DNA of 64,000 nt from Chloroflexota bacterium (GTDB lineage: Bacteria; Chloroflexota; UBA11872), in the NCBI GenBank assembly GCA_965262745.1, contig OZ253558.1, forward strand, positions 1,946,602-2,010,601. The letters run 5' to 3'. Numbering within the stretch: the first letter of the stretch is position 1; each line of letters starts with the position of its first letter. Below, piece after piece: positions 30,154 to 38,987 of the stretch. The translations under genes and the position numbers were made by a program. The notes under the pieces were generated by a model. That model saw only the letters and a list, made by a program, of their open reading frames with translations, had not been told where the DNA came from and made no database searches.

Positions 30154-31350
30154 CTAGCGGGCGTCGAGCAAGTCTTGCACCAGATCGAGCACCGCTTCGG
30201 CCACGGCCGCCTTGCTCCGCAATGAGACCTCGCGTCGCTCGCCGTCGCGCGTGAGCATGGTGACCGCGTTGGTCGACGCCGCGAAGCCGCGGTCGGCGGC
30301 CGCCACGTCGTTGACCACCACCGCGTCAAGCTCCAGCTCGTGAAGCTTGGCACGGGCGCTGGCTTCGTGGTCTTCAGTCTCGGCGGCGAAGGCAACGCGC
30401 ACGAAGTCGCCGGTGAGCGCGGCCAGCAGGCTTGGATTCTCCGTTAGCGGCACCACGGGGACGCCGGCGCGGCGCTTGATCTTGGCGGTCGCCCGATGGG
30501 TCGGCCGAAAATCGCCCACGGCCGCGTTCATGATCAGGGCGTCGCAGCCCTGGGTCGCGGCTCGCAGGGCCTGCAACATGGCGTCGGCCGAGTCCACGAG
30601 CTGGGCGGCGACGCCATAGGGCGGCTCCACAACGGCGGCGCCGAGGACAAGCTGCACCGCAGCGCCGCGTTCGAGTGCGGCGCGCGACAGGGCCACGCCT
30701 TGCCGACCGGTGGCACGGTTCCCGAGATAGCGCACCGGGTCCAGAAACTCGCGCGTCCCCCCGGCGGAGACCACGATCGAGCGGCCCGCAAGCGGGCCGC
30801 TACGCCCGAGCACGAGCCGCACGGCATCGACCAGGACCTCGGTCGCGGGCAATCGCCCCTGGCCAGTCGCCCCGGAAGCGAGCCGTCCTTCAGCCGGGGG
30901 GACAACATGCACCCCGCGGCCGCGCAGGGTTGAAAGGTTGGCTTGCGTGGCCGGATGCGCCAGCATTCCGGGCTCCATGGCGGGCGCAACCACGACGGGG
31001 GCCGCGCTGACCAGCGCGATTTCGGTGACGATGTCCTCGGCCAGCCCGAGCGCCAGACGTGAGATGGCGGACGCCGTGGCCGGTGCGATGACGATGACGT
31101 CGGCCGCGCGGCCCGCCTCGACGTGCGCGATGCGATGCTCGGACGTCATCGGCGTATCGGCCGTAACGACCGCGCGCTGGCTGAGCGCCTCGAAGGTCAT
31201 CGGGGCGACGAACTGCTCAGCGCCGCGCGTGAGCGCCACGTCGACATGCGCGCCGGCCTGCGTGAGCGCGCTTGCCAACTCCGCCGCCTTGTACGCGGCA
31301 ATGCTGCCGCTGACGCCGAGGACGATCCGCGCGCCTGCGAGAACGCTCAT
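30154..31350 (-). CDS. coaBC: Bifunctional phosphopantothenoylcysteine decarboxylase/ligase
   Basis: GVSGSIAAYKA, APATA, APAM, GGTREFLDPVRYLGN, NAAVGDF, FAAET. Confidence 0.95.
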   Translation of the reverse strand: MSVLAGARIVLGVSGSIAAYKAAELASALTQAGAHVDVALTRGAEQFVAPMTFEALSQRAVVTADTPMTSEHRIAHVEAGRAADVIVIAPATASAISRLALGLAEDIVTEIALVSAAPVVVAPAMEPGMLAHPATQANLSTLRGRGVHVVPPAEGRLASGATGQGRLPATEVLVDAVRLVLGRSGPLAGRSIVVSAGGTREFLDPVRYLGNRATGRQGVALSRAALERGAAVQLVLGAAVVEPPYGVAAQLVDSADAMLQALRAATQGCDALIMNAAVGDFRPTHRATAKIKRRAGVPVVPLTENPSLLAALTGDFVRVAFAAETEDHEASARAKLHELELDAVVVNDVAAADRGFAASTNAVTMLTRDGERREVSLRSKAAVAEAVLDLVQDLLDAR

Positions 31351-32111
31351 CCGCGTGTCATCGCCCGGTGAATGCGAGCCAGTCCCTTGAGCGTGATGTC
31401 GGCGTCCACTCGCTCGAAGCCCCCCACGTCCGCGGCAAGCGTGGCCGCCATGCCGCCGGTGGCGACGGTCTTCCAAGGGCCTCCAGGCTCCGCTTGCAGC
31501 CGGCGGATCACACCGCGAACGAGCTCCACATACCCCCAATAGACGCCGGAACGCATCGCATCCACCGTGTTGCGGCCCACAAGCTCCTCGGGGTGTTCGA
31601 TGTCGATTTTTGGCAATTGTGCGCCGGATGCCGTGAGGGCCTGCCCCAGGGTTCGGATGCCGGGCGCGATGACCACGCCGCGCAAGTCGCCCCGCGCATC
31701 CACGACATCGAACGTCGTCACACTGCCCATATCGGCAACGATGACCGGCGCCCCGACCTCCGCCCGGGCACCCACGGCGTTGGCGACGCGGTCGACGCCC
31801 ACCTGCGCCGGGTCATCGACCAGCAACCCTATGCCCGGCACGGCCTCCGCGCGCACGATGAGCGGCGGGGACGCCGTAACCATGGCCAGCGCGTCCCCGA
31901 TGCGCTCGGTGAGCGCCGGAACCACCGAGCCGACCACGGCGTGGGTGATCGGCCCAACGTCGACGTAGCCAAGCATGGCTCGCACGAGGTCGGCATATTC
32001 GTGCTCGGTGCGGTTGAGGTCGCTGTGCAGCGCCCAGCGCGCGAGGACCGTGATGTCGTCGATGACACCAAACGTCACGTCCGTATTGCCGATGTCGACA
32101 GCAAGAATCAA
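31347..32111 (-). CDS. coaX: Type III pantothenate kinase
   Basis: LAVDIGNT, GSVVP, VGVDR, DMGSVTTFD, IAPG, GRNT, ATGG. Confidence 0.94.
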   Translation of the reverse strand: MILAVDIGNTDVTFGVIDDITVLARWALHSDLNRTEHEYADLVRAMLGYVDVGPITHAVVGSVVPALTERIGDALAMVTASPPLIVRAEAVPGIGLLVDDPAQVGVDRVANAVGARAEVGAPVIVADMGSVTTFDVVDARGDLRGVVIAPGIRTLGQALTASGAQLPKIDIEHPEELVGRNTVDAMRSGVYWGYVELVRGVIRRLQAEPGGPWKTVATGGMAATLAADVGGFERVDADITLKGLARIHRAMTRG

Positions 32112-32133
32112 CGGCGCGGCTCACCTGTCCATC

Positions 32134-32403
32134 GTGGGTCACTTGGCTTCCTGCGGCCTGCGTCAGGCGGATTCGTTCCTAGCTCGCACCCTCACCCTAA
32201 CCCTCCCCGTAAGGGAGAGGGGACCGGCCTGCCCTCCCGCTGCTAGAGCCGAAATCGGACCGCGCTGCCGTCACGGGATAGGCGGCCAGCCCACTCTTGC
32301 CTATCGAGGGAGAGTCGACCGGACCGAACTCCCGCCAAGGGAGCGAGGACCAGACTGCAACTAAGGAACAGGAGAGCGCCTGACGCTGAGCAACGTGACC
32401 CAC
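32134..32403. ncRNA. Candidate structured RNA or MITE (long-range paired ends), unassigned
   Basis: GTGGGTCAC/GTGACCCAC, GCGTCAGGCG/CGCCTGACGC and GTTCCT/AGGAAC form nested helices closing about 270 nt. Confidence 0.5.
32189..32222. repeat. REP-like element (CCCTCACCCTAACCCTC...GGGAGAGGGG type)
   Basis: CCCTCACCCTAACCCTCCCCGTAAGGGAGAGGGG imperfect palindrome. Confidence 0.65.
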
Positions 32404-32459
32404 TGTCCACCTGTCAGGCCGAGGTTATGATAGCGGTCGCTCGCCACCACCCCCCGCGA

Positions 32460-33290
32460 ATGGCTGATATTCCTCGACCCTTGCGACTGACGCACATGAC
32501 TTGGCCAGAGGTCGAGGCGGCGCGCGGCGGCGTGCGACTGGTGGCGATTCCGCTGGGGTCGATCGAGCAGCACGGCCCGAACACCTCGCTCGACACCGAT
32601 CTCGTCATCGCGGAGGACCTGACGCTGCGGCTGGCGGAGCGATTTCATCCGCAGATTCTCGTCGCGCCTACCATTCCGTTCGGCATGTCGGCGTACCACA
32701 TGGGCTTTCCCGGCACGATCACGCTGCGGACGCAAACCTATCTGCACGTGATCGAGGACAACGTGGCGTCGCTGATGCATCACGGGTTCGACGCCTTCCT
32801 CTTCACGAACTGGCATAACGGCAACGAGCCTGTCCTCACGCTGGCCCTGCAAACACTGCCGACGCGCTACCCGGCTCGTTTCATGGCCGGTCTATCGCTG
32901 TACGACTTGGAAGACGCCGCGTTGGCGGAGCGGATCGTTCAGTCGGACACGTCGGGACACGCCGACGAGCTCGAGACGGCGGAACTGCTGGCGGTGCGGC
33001 CCGACCGCGTGAAGACCGGCGTGCTGCAAGCCGCGGCCTTACGCGGCGGCTTGCGCTCGCCGCGCAATCGCTTTTGGCGTCGCGGAATCCGAATGAATAC
33101 GGATTTTTCCGACTTCACCGCCAACGGCGCGGTCGGCGACGCCAGGCTGGCCACCGCCGAGGACGGCCGGCAGATGATTGAGGCGATCGAGGAGCGGGCC
33201 GACGAGTTGGTCCAACATCTCTTGGACGCTCCAGAGGACCTGCTCGCCCAAGGGCGGATCCTTCGCTGGCGCGATGGGGGCGGGGTATGA
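32460..33290 (+). CDS. Creatininase family amidohydrolase, copy 1
   Basis: MTWPEV, PLGSIEQHGP...DTD, HMGFPGTI, NWHNGN, GHADELET, NGAVGD. Confidence 0.9.
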   Translation: MADIPRPLRLTHMTWPEVEAARGGVRLVAIPLGSIEQHGPNTSLDTDLVIAEDLTLRLAERFHPQILVAPTIPFGMSAYHMGFPGTITLRTQTYLHVIEDNVASLMHHGFDAFLFTNWHNGNEPVLTLALQTLPTRYPARFMAGLSLYDLEDAALAERIVQSDTSGHADELETAELLAVRPDRVKTGVLQAAALRGGLRSPRNRFWRRGIRMNTDFSDFTANGAVGDARLATAEDGRQMIEAIEERADELVQHLLDAPEDLLAQGRILRWRDGGGV

Positions 33291-34123
33291 CGGACACGGC
33301 GCGCCCGCCCATGGCGCTGGCCCGGCAGTCGTGGCCTGAGCTGGAGTCGGTGCTGGACGATATCGAGCTCGTGTTGCTGCCCATCGGGTCCACCGAGCAG
33401 CACGGACCGAATCTGGGGCTCGGGCAAGACCATCTCATCGCCGAGGCCTTCTGCGAGCTGGCCGCCGAGCGATTGCGGCCCCGCCTGCTCGTGGTGCCCG
33501 CGATTCCCTGGGGCATCTCCGATCACCACATGGACTTTCCCGGAAGCATGACGCTGCGCCCGGAGACCTTTCTGGACCTGCTGGAGGACGTGATCGGCAG
33601 CATGGCCCACCACGGCCTGCGCCGGTTCCTGCTGGTGAACGGCCATGGCGGCAACCAAGCGCTGGCGTCGGCTGCGGTCCAGGACTTCGGCCTGCGCCTG
33701 GACGTGGACTTCGTGGGCGCGGTCATGCACTCCATGCTCGATCCCGACGACGCGCGAGATGCGATCCGCGGCGATTTGCCCACCGGCCACGCGGACGAGT
33801 TTGAGGCCTCATATTCCTACTACTTGAATCCAGCTCTGGTGCGCACCGATGCCTTGGCGCGGGCCGAGCTCGACGAGCGGTTCGATGCCTTCCGCACGAA
33901 ACTGGCCGCCTATGACCTGGAATGGCCGAATCCGGAAGGCGCGCGAACGCGCAACGGCGCTCTCGGCGACGCAGCCCGCGGGTCGCGCGAGGCCGGCCAG
34001 GCCTTGATCGAAGGGGCGATTGCCGAGTTGGGGGACATGCTGGCGTTCCTGCGTGAGCAAGCGCCTCGCTGGAACGGTCCGCCGCACGGCCAGGTGCGCC
34101 GGGTAGGCCGCGTCAGCAGCTAG
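33287..34123 (+). CDS. Creatininase family amidohydrolase, copy 2
   Basis: PIGSTEQHGP, HHMDFPGS, NGHGGN, GHADEFEAS, NGALGD; ATGA-coupled to copy 1. Confidence 0.9.
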   Translation: MTDTARPPMALARQSWPELESVLDDIELVLLPIGSTEQHGPNLGLGQDHLIAEAFCELAAERLRPRLLVVPAIPWGISDHHMDFPGSMTLRPETFLDLLEDVIGSMAHHGLRRFLLVNGHGGNQALASAAVQDFGLRLDVDFVGAVMHSMLDPDDARDAIRGDLPTGHADEFEASYSYYLNPALVRTDALARAELDERFDAFRTKLAAYDLEWPNPEGARTRNGALGDAARGSREAGQALIEGAIAELGDMLAFLREQAPRWNGPPHGQVRRVGRVSS

Positions 34124-34194
34124 ACCGGGGCCGGTCTGGCGACGGATGTCCGGGGAGACCCGTGCGCCGTTTCAGATTGGGCTGGCCTAGATTC

Positions 34195-35228
34195 CCTAGA
34201 TTCACAAACGAAGTGCAACACCTCATTAGGGTGTTGCCATGGAACGACGCTATTCGCACCTCACCATTGAAGACCGCTGTGCCGTGGCCCGACGCCACGC
34301 CGCCGGGGCCTCGATCCGCCAAATCGCGGCAAGTCTGGATCGCGCGCCATCGACGATTGCTCGGGAACTGAGCCGCAATGGATCGCGCACCCAGGGCTAT
34401 CAACCGCGCTACGCCGACCAGCAGGCCCGCGCGCGCCGCTGGCGCGGGCCCCGGCTCGACCGCGATCCCACCCTGCGCCGCCAGGTCCTCACCCGCCTCC
34501 AACAGGGCTGGTCGCCCGAGCAGGTGGCCGGCCGTCTGGCCCGCGAGGCCGGCCGGCCCGTCATCTCCCACGAATCCATCTACCGCTTCATTGACGCCCA
34601 GATCCGCCGCACGAAGGACTATGCCTGGCGTCACTATTTGCCGCGGGCCAAGTTCAAACGGGGCCGGCGGGGGCGCAAGGGCGGCAGCTCCGCCTCCTTT
34701 ATCGCCCACCGTCGTCCCCTCGTCGACCGCCCAGCCCTCGCCGCGGACCGCCAGACCCCCGGCCACTGGGAGGCCGACCTCATGCTCTTCCGCACCTACG
34801 GCCAGGCCGTCCTCACCCTCCACGAACGCCACTCCCGCCTGCTCCTCGCCGTCCGGCCCCCCGGCAAAGCCGCTGCCCCCATCGCCCGCGCCTTGTCCCG
34901 GCTCCTCGCACCCTTACCGCCCCCCTGGCGCCAAACCGTCACCTTCGACAACGGCACCGAGTTCGCCCGCCACCACCAGCTGCACGCCCGCGGCATCCAG
35001 ACCTTCTTCTGCGACCCCCACGCCCCCTGGCAGAAGGGCGGCATCGAGAACGCCATCGGGCGCCTGCGCCGCACCCTGCCCCGCAAGACCGATCTCGCGA
35101 GCCTCCCGGCCGCTCGGTTCACCCAGCTCGTGCAGGCCTACAACAACACGCCACGCAAGTGCCTCGGCTACCAGACCCCCGCCGAGGTGTTTTGGGATCA
35201 TCTGTTGCACTTGGAATGTGAATCCACC
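34195..35228 (+). mobile_element. IS30 family insertion sequence
   Basis: Imperfect 26-bp terminal inverted repeats CCTAGATTCACAAACGAAGTGCAACA (34195-34220) and TGTTGCACTTGGAATGTGAATCCACC (35203-35228). Confidence 0.88.
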
Positions 35229-35249
35229 GGTCTCCCTTCGCGGGAATGA
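34239..35249 (+). CDS. IS30 family DDE transposase
   Basis: YSHLTIEDR, RAPSTIARELSRN, WSPEQ, ISHESIY, GHWEADL, TFDNGTEF, PWQKGGIEN, NNTPRKCLG. Confidence 0.95.
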   Translation: MERRYSHLTIEDRCAVARRHAAGASIRQIAASLDRAPSTIARELSRNGSRTQGYQPRYADQQARARRWRGPRLDRDPTLRRQVLTRLQQGWSPEQVAGRLAREAGRPVISHESIYRFIDAQIRRTKDYAWRHYLPRAKFKRGRRGRKGGSSASFIAHRRPLVDRPALAADRQTPGHWEADLMLFRTYGQAVLTLHERHSRLLLAVRPPGKAAAPIARALSRLLAPLPPPWRQTVTFDNGTEFARHHQLHARGIQTFFCDPHAPWQKGGIENAIGRLRRTLPRKTDLASLPAARFTQLVQAYNNTPRKCLGYQTPAEVFWDHLLHLECESTGLPSRE

Positions 35250-35312
35250 CGAGGGGTTCGCAGGTCTCCTTAGGCGGAGGTTTGCAGGTCTCCAAGGCGG
35301 AAACGGGACCGC

Positions 35313-35729
35313 CTAGTCGACCACCGCGATCGTGGTGACCTCGACCAGCAGGTCTTCGCGCACGAGCCCCGCCACGAGCAGCAGCGTGTTCGGCGGGTAG
35401 GCGCCGTCGGGAAAGAACTCGGCGAAGGCCTCACGGCGCGCGTCGAGGAACGGCTGGACCGCCCCGCGGCCCACGAGATAGGTGGTGAACTGCACGACAT
35501 CCGCCCACGACGCGCCGGCGCTCTCGAGCACGTGCCCGATGTTGCGGAACGTCTCCAGCGTCTGCGCCTGCGTGCCACCGTCACCGGTGAGGCTCCCGGT
35601 TGCGTCGAGACCAACCTGCCCCGCCAGGTAGAGGGTGCTGCCGCCAGAGGCGCGGGCCAGATGCGAGTAGGCGCCAATGGGCGGGTGCACGCCGTCCGGG
35701 TTTGGCACGACTCGCTTGGATTGGGACAT
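35313..35729 (-). CDS. RidA/YjgF family protein
   Basis: PPIGAYSH, LYLAGQV, YPPNTLL, LLVEV. Confidence 0.88.
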   Translation of the reverse strand: MSQSKRVVPNPDGVHPPIGAYSHLARASGGSTLYLAGQVGLDATGSLTGDGGTQAQTLETFRNIGHVLESAGASWADVVQFTTYLVGRGAVQPFLDARREAFAEFFPDGAYPPNTLLLVAGLVREDLLVEVTTIAVVD

Positions 35730-35786
35730 CAGTTGTGCGTCCTCAGTCGGCGCGGATCGTCGGGCGCCAGCGATTCCAGCTCCCGG

Positions 35787-36542
35787 TCATAGCTCACCTT
35801 CGCGAACCGGAGCCTTGTAGGTCAGGTCCTCGATCTGAACGCGAAACTCGTCCGCGGAGGATTCGAGATCGAACACGACGGACACCGTCTCCGTGGCGCC
35901 GGGGTGCAAGGATTCCGCAAACATCAGCGGCCGTCCTTCGTAGACGGGCTTTGGGGTGGTGGAAAGCCCGTTGGTGCCCTCGTCGTCATAGGCGAAGCTG
36001 GCGCCGCGGTCGTCGACGAGGTTCACCCGTTCGGGCGAATACTGGATGAGCGCTGTCGTTGGGTTTTCGAACCTCGCCACCACGATGACGAACACGCCCT
36101 TCCGCGGCATGAAGTCGCGCCCGAAGTATTGTGGGATGGACGGCACGGCGTACACGTCGACCAGCGTGATTTGGAGATTCGTGTCTGCGGTGGCCGTTTC
36201 GCCAACGGCGAGGTCCGTGACCTCCGGCGTTGGTTCCGGCGTCGCTGCGGCAGCGGTGGTCGTGGTGGCCTCGGCCGGAGTCGCCTCGGCGGCCGTCGCG
36301 GAAGACGCCGCCTCGGTTACCGCCACGGCCGCTGTTGGGGTCGGGGACGTCACGACCTCGGTGCCGGCCCTGGCGCGCACTTCAGCTTGCCGGGCGGCCT
36401 CGATGCTGGCGAGCAGCGCCTCTTCACCTGGGGCGTACACGATCCGGAGGAGAGCAAGACCGACGCCAACGACAATCACCGAGGCCACAAGAAACCGCAC
36501 GCTGCCGGGCATGCGCCCAAGGCCGGAGCGGAAGGTCGTCAC
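35787..36542 (-). CDS. Membrane-anchored DUF4352-like protein
   Basis: N-terminal TM, Ala/Thr/Pro linker, C-terminal FVIV...NLVDDRGASF...LHPGAT...VVFD beta-sandwich pattern. Confidence 0.65.
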   Translation of the reverse strand: MTTFRSGLGRMPGSVRFLVASVIVVGVGLALLRIVYAPGEEALLASIEAARQAEVRARAGTEVVTSPTPTAAVAVTEAASSATAAEATPAEATTTTAAAATPEPTPEVTDLAVGETATADTNLQITLVDVYAVPSIPQYFGRDFMPRKGVFVIVVARFENPTTALIQYSPERVNLVDDRGASFAYDDEGTNGLSTTPKPVYEGRPLMFAESLHPGATETVSVVFDLESSADEFRVQIEDLTYKAPVREGEL

Positions 36543-36652
36543 GTCAGCGTCGTCGCCCGAAATATCACCGGCAACCCGTCCTGTCTGCCGCCATGCGCCG
36601 GATGCTCACGCGTGACGGTCACACCCGATGCTAGGCACGCAGGCGAATGCCG

Positions 36653-37873
36653 TCAACGCGCGGCCGTGCCCGAAGTCGCCGCGGCGCCGGGCAACACGAA
36701 GTTTTGGGGAAGCGTGGCGTTGTCCAGATTGGCGCCGGCGAGATCGGCACCGGCGAGCGAGGCGTCGGTGAGGTCGGCGCCGCTGAGGTCGGCGGCCCGG
36801 AGATCAGCGTCGGTCAGGATAGCGCCCCGCAAGCTGGCGCCGGCAAGCAAGGCCCGCCCCAGATCCGCACGGCTCAGCTTGGCGAAGCTCAAGTCGGCAT
36901 TGGGCAGGTCGGCGAAGTGCAAGTTGGCGCCGGTGAAGTCCGCATGACGGAGGTTCGTCCCGCGAAGCCCCGCCCCATACATCTGCGCACCCGCCAGCGT
37001 GGCATGGGAGAGGTCGGCGCGGTCCAGCGTTGCGGCCAGCAGGTCGGACCCGCGCAGATCGGCGCTGCGGCCGACCGTGGTATACCCCGCGAGATTAGAT
37101 TCCGTGAAATCAACAAAGCGCAAATCCGCATGGCTGAGGTCGGCGGCCGTCAGGTCGGTGCGGCTCACCTCGGCGCTGTAGAGACGCGCACCGTCGAGCC
37201 GAACCCCGCGAAGGACGGCGTCGCGGACCGTTGCCCGGCTCAGGTTCGCCCGGGTGAGCGTGGCGCCACTGAAGTCGGTGCCGAACAGCCGCGCGCTTGC
37301 CAGCACCGCGTCCGTGAGATCGGCGCCGGGCAGCTTGGCGTCGGTGAACGAGGCCCGCGCCAGGTTCGCACCCGTCATGACCGCCCTTGCGGCCGTGACG
37401 CCTTGCAGCTGTATCGATCGCGCCTCGACCCCGGCCATATGGACATCGGTGAGCGTGGCGTCTCGCAACTCCGCCCACACCATCTGCGCGCCAGCGAGCG
37501 ACGCGCCCACGAAGCGCGAGCGCTGCGCCGCGACGCCGGTTAGGTCGGCGCCGTCCAGCTGCGCCCCGCTGAGGTCCGCGTCGACGAGGATGGCCAGACG
37601 CAAGTTCGCCCCCCGAAGGTCCGCGGCAGCGAGATTCGCGCCGGCGAGGTCAGCCTTCTGGAGATGCACACCAGCGAGGTCGGCGCCGTGCAAGTCAACG
37701 CCGGGACAGCGGGTCGGCTCATGGAGCCAGGCCTCGGCAAACGCCGACTGGATCACGCACCCGTTGACGACCATGGCGTTCTGACTCAGGACGATCGCGA
37801 CCGCTAGCGCAATCAGCGCAGCCGCGCCCGTCGCGACCAGCGTCGCGATGACCGCGCGAAGGGTGGTTTGCAT
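36653..37873 (-). CDS. Pentapeptide repeat protein with N-terminal membrane/signal segment
   Basis: Dozens of A(D/N)LxG repeats; hydrophobic N-terminus; two Cys before the repeats. Confidence 0.92.
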   Translation of the reverse strand: MQTTLRAVIATLVATGAAALIALAVAIVLSQNAMVVNGCVIQSAFAEAWLHEPTRCPGVDLHGADLAGVHLQKADLAGANLAAADLRGANLRLAILVDADLSGAQLDGADLTGVAAQRSRFVGASLAGAQMVWAELRDATLTDVHMAGVEARSIQLQGVTAARAVMTGANLARASFTDAKLPGADLTDAVLASARLFGTDFSGATLTRANLSRATVRDAVLRGVRLDGARLYSAEVSRTDLTAADLSHADLRFVDFTESNLAGYTTVGRSADLRGSDLLAATLDRADLSHATLAGAQMYGAGLRGTNLRHADFTGANLHFADLPNADLSFAKLSRADLGRALLAGASLRGAILTDADLRAADLSGADLTDASLAGADLAGANLDNATLPQNFVLPGAAATSGTAAR

Positions 37874-38014
37874 AATCCGTGATTCGCGAGCCTATCTTCA
37901 GCGGCACGCCCTGCCGCCAGTTGCGGGGCGAGTATGCGCCACGTAGCATGACCTTGTCCGCGAATCGGTGCTGCGGGGCATGGCTGCCGCGCGCACGCGT
38001 GTGGAACTGCCGAG

Positions 38015-38977
38015 ATGACGCAATACATCACCCGGCGGCTGCTGGTCTCAATTCCGCTGTTGTTTGGCATCTCGATCATTACGTTCATTATCATCAATTT
38101 GGCTCCAGGAGATCCACTTACTGCGCTCCTAGACCCAGAGGACCAAATATCGCTCTCAGTACGAGACGTAGAAGCGCTGAGGCGCGAACTTGGTCTCGAC
38201 CGGCCGGGTCCGGTGCGTTACGTGATCTGGCTGAAAGAGGCGTTGACCGGGAATCTCGGCTACTCATATCAGACGAAGCGACCCGTGATCGAGATGGTTC
38301 TTAACAAACTACCAGTTACCCTAAGCCTCATGGGTGTGGCGCTAGCTCTTGCCTCCTCTATTGGAGTTGTTTTTGGCGTTATCTCAGCTCTGAGGCAGTA
38401 TTCAATCATCGACTATTCGCTCTCAGTCGTTTCATTTTTCATGATTTCGATCCCGCAATTCTTCTTTGCCCTCTCGGGCATGCTGATATTCGCGGTGTGG
38501 CTGGGGTGGCTGCCCACATTCGGCATGTGGACGGCTGGCGAAGACCCCGAGCTGTGGGATCTCGCCCACCACGCGATCTTGCCGATCTCGGCCTTGATGC
38601 TGCAGGACATCGCGGTGTACATGCGCTATACGCGGGCGTCGATGCTCGACACGCTCTCCGCCGAATACGTGCTGACCGCTCGGGCCAAGGGGCTGAGCGA
38701 GACGCTTGTGCTTTGGAAGCACGTCTTTCGTAACGCGCTGGTGCCGCTGGTCACGGTCTTGGGGCTCTCACTGCCGGCGCTCATCGGTGGCGCGCTCATC
38801 ATCGAGACCATCTTCTCGTGGCCCGGCGTGGGCGCGCTTGCCTACAATGCGCTGCGGCAACGTGACTACCCGGTGCAGATGGCGGTGTTGCTGATGGGCG
38901 CCACGGCGGTCCTGGCGGCTAACCTGCTCGCGGACGTGGCCTACGCCTGGGTCGACCCGCGCGTGCGCCACTCCTAG
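38015..38977 (+). CDS. Peptide/nickel ABC transporter permease (DppB-like)
   Basis: APGDP, LGLDRP, GNLGYSY, YVLTARAKGL, HVFRNAL, ETIFSWPGVG, RDYP. Confidence 0.93.
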   Translation: MTQYITRRLLVSIPLLFGISIITFIIINLAPGDPLTALLDPEDQISLSVRDVEALRRELGLDRPGPVRYVIWLKEALTGNLGYSYQTKRPVIEMVLNKLPVTLSLMGVALALASSIGVVFGVISALRQYSIIDYSLSVVSFFMISIPQFFFALSGMLIFAVWLGWLPTFGMWTAGEDPELWDLAHHAILPISALMLQDIAVYMRYTRASMLDTLSAEYVLTARAKGLSETLVLWKHVFRNALVPLVTVLGLSLPALIGGALIIETIFSWPGVGALAYNALRQRDYPVQMAVLLMGATAVLAANLLADVAYAWVDPRVRHS

Positions 38978-38987
38978 GCTCTGATTC

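Noticed and set aside
32143-32165. Minus-strand CAGGCCGCAGGAAGC resembling SRP RNA helix 8
   Set aside because: Lacks the GNRA tetraloop and the following AGCAG symmetric loop
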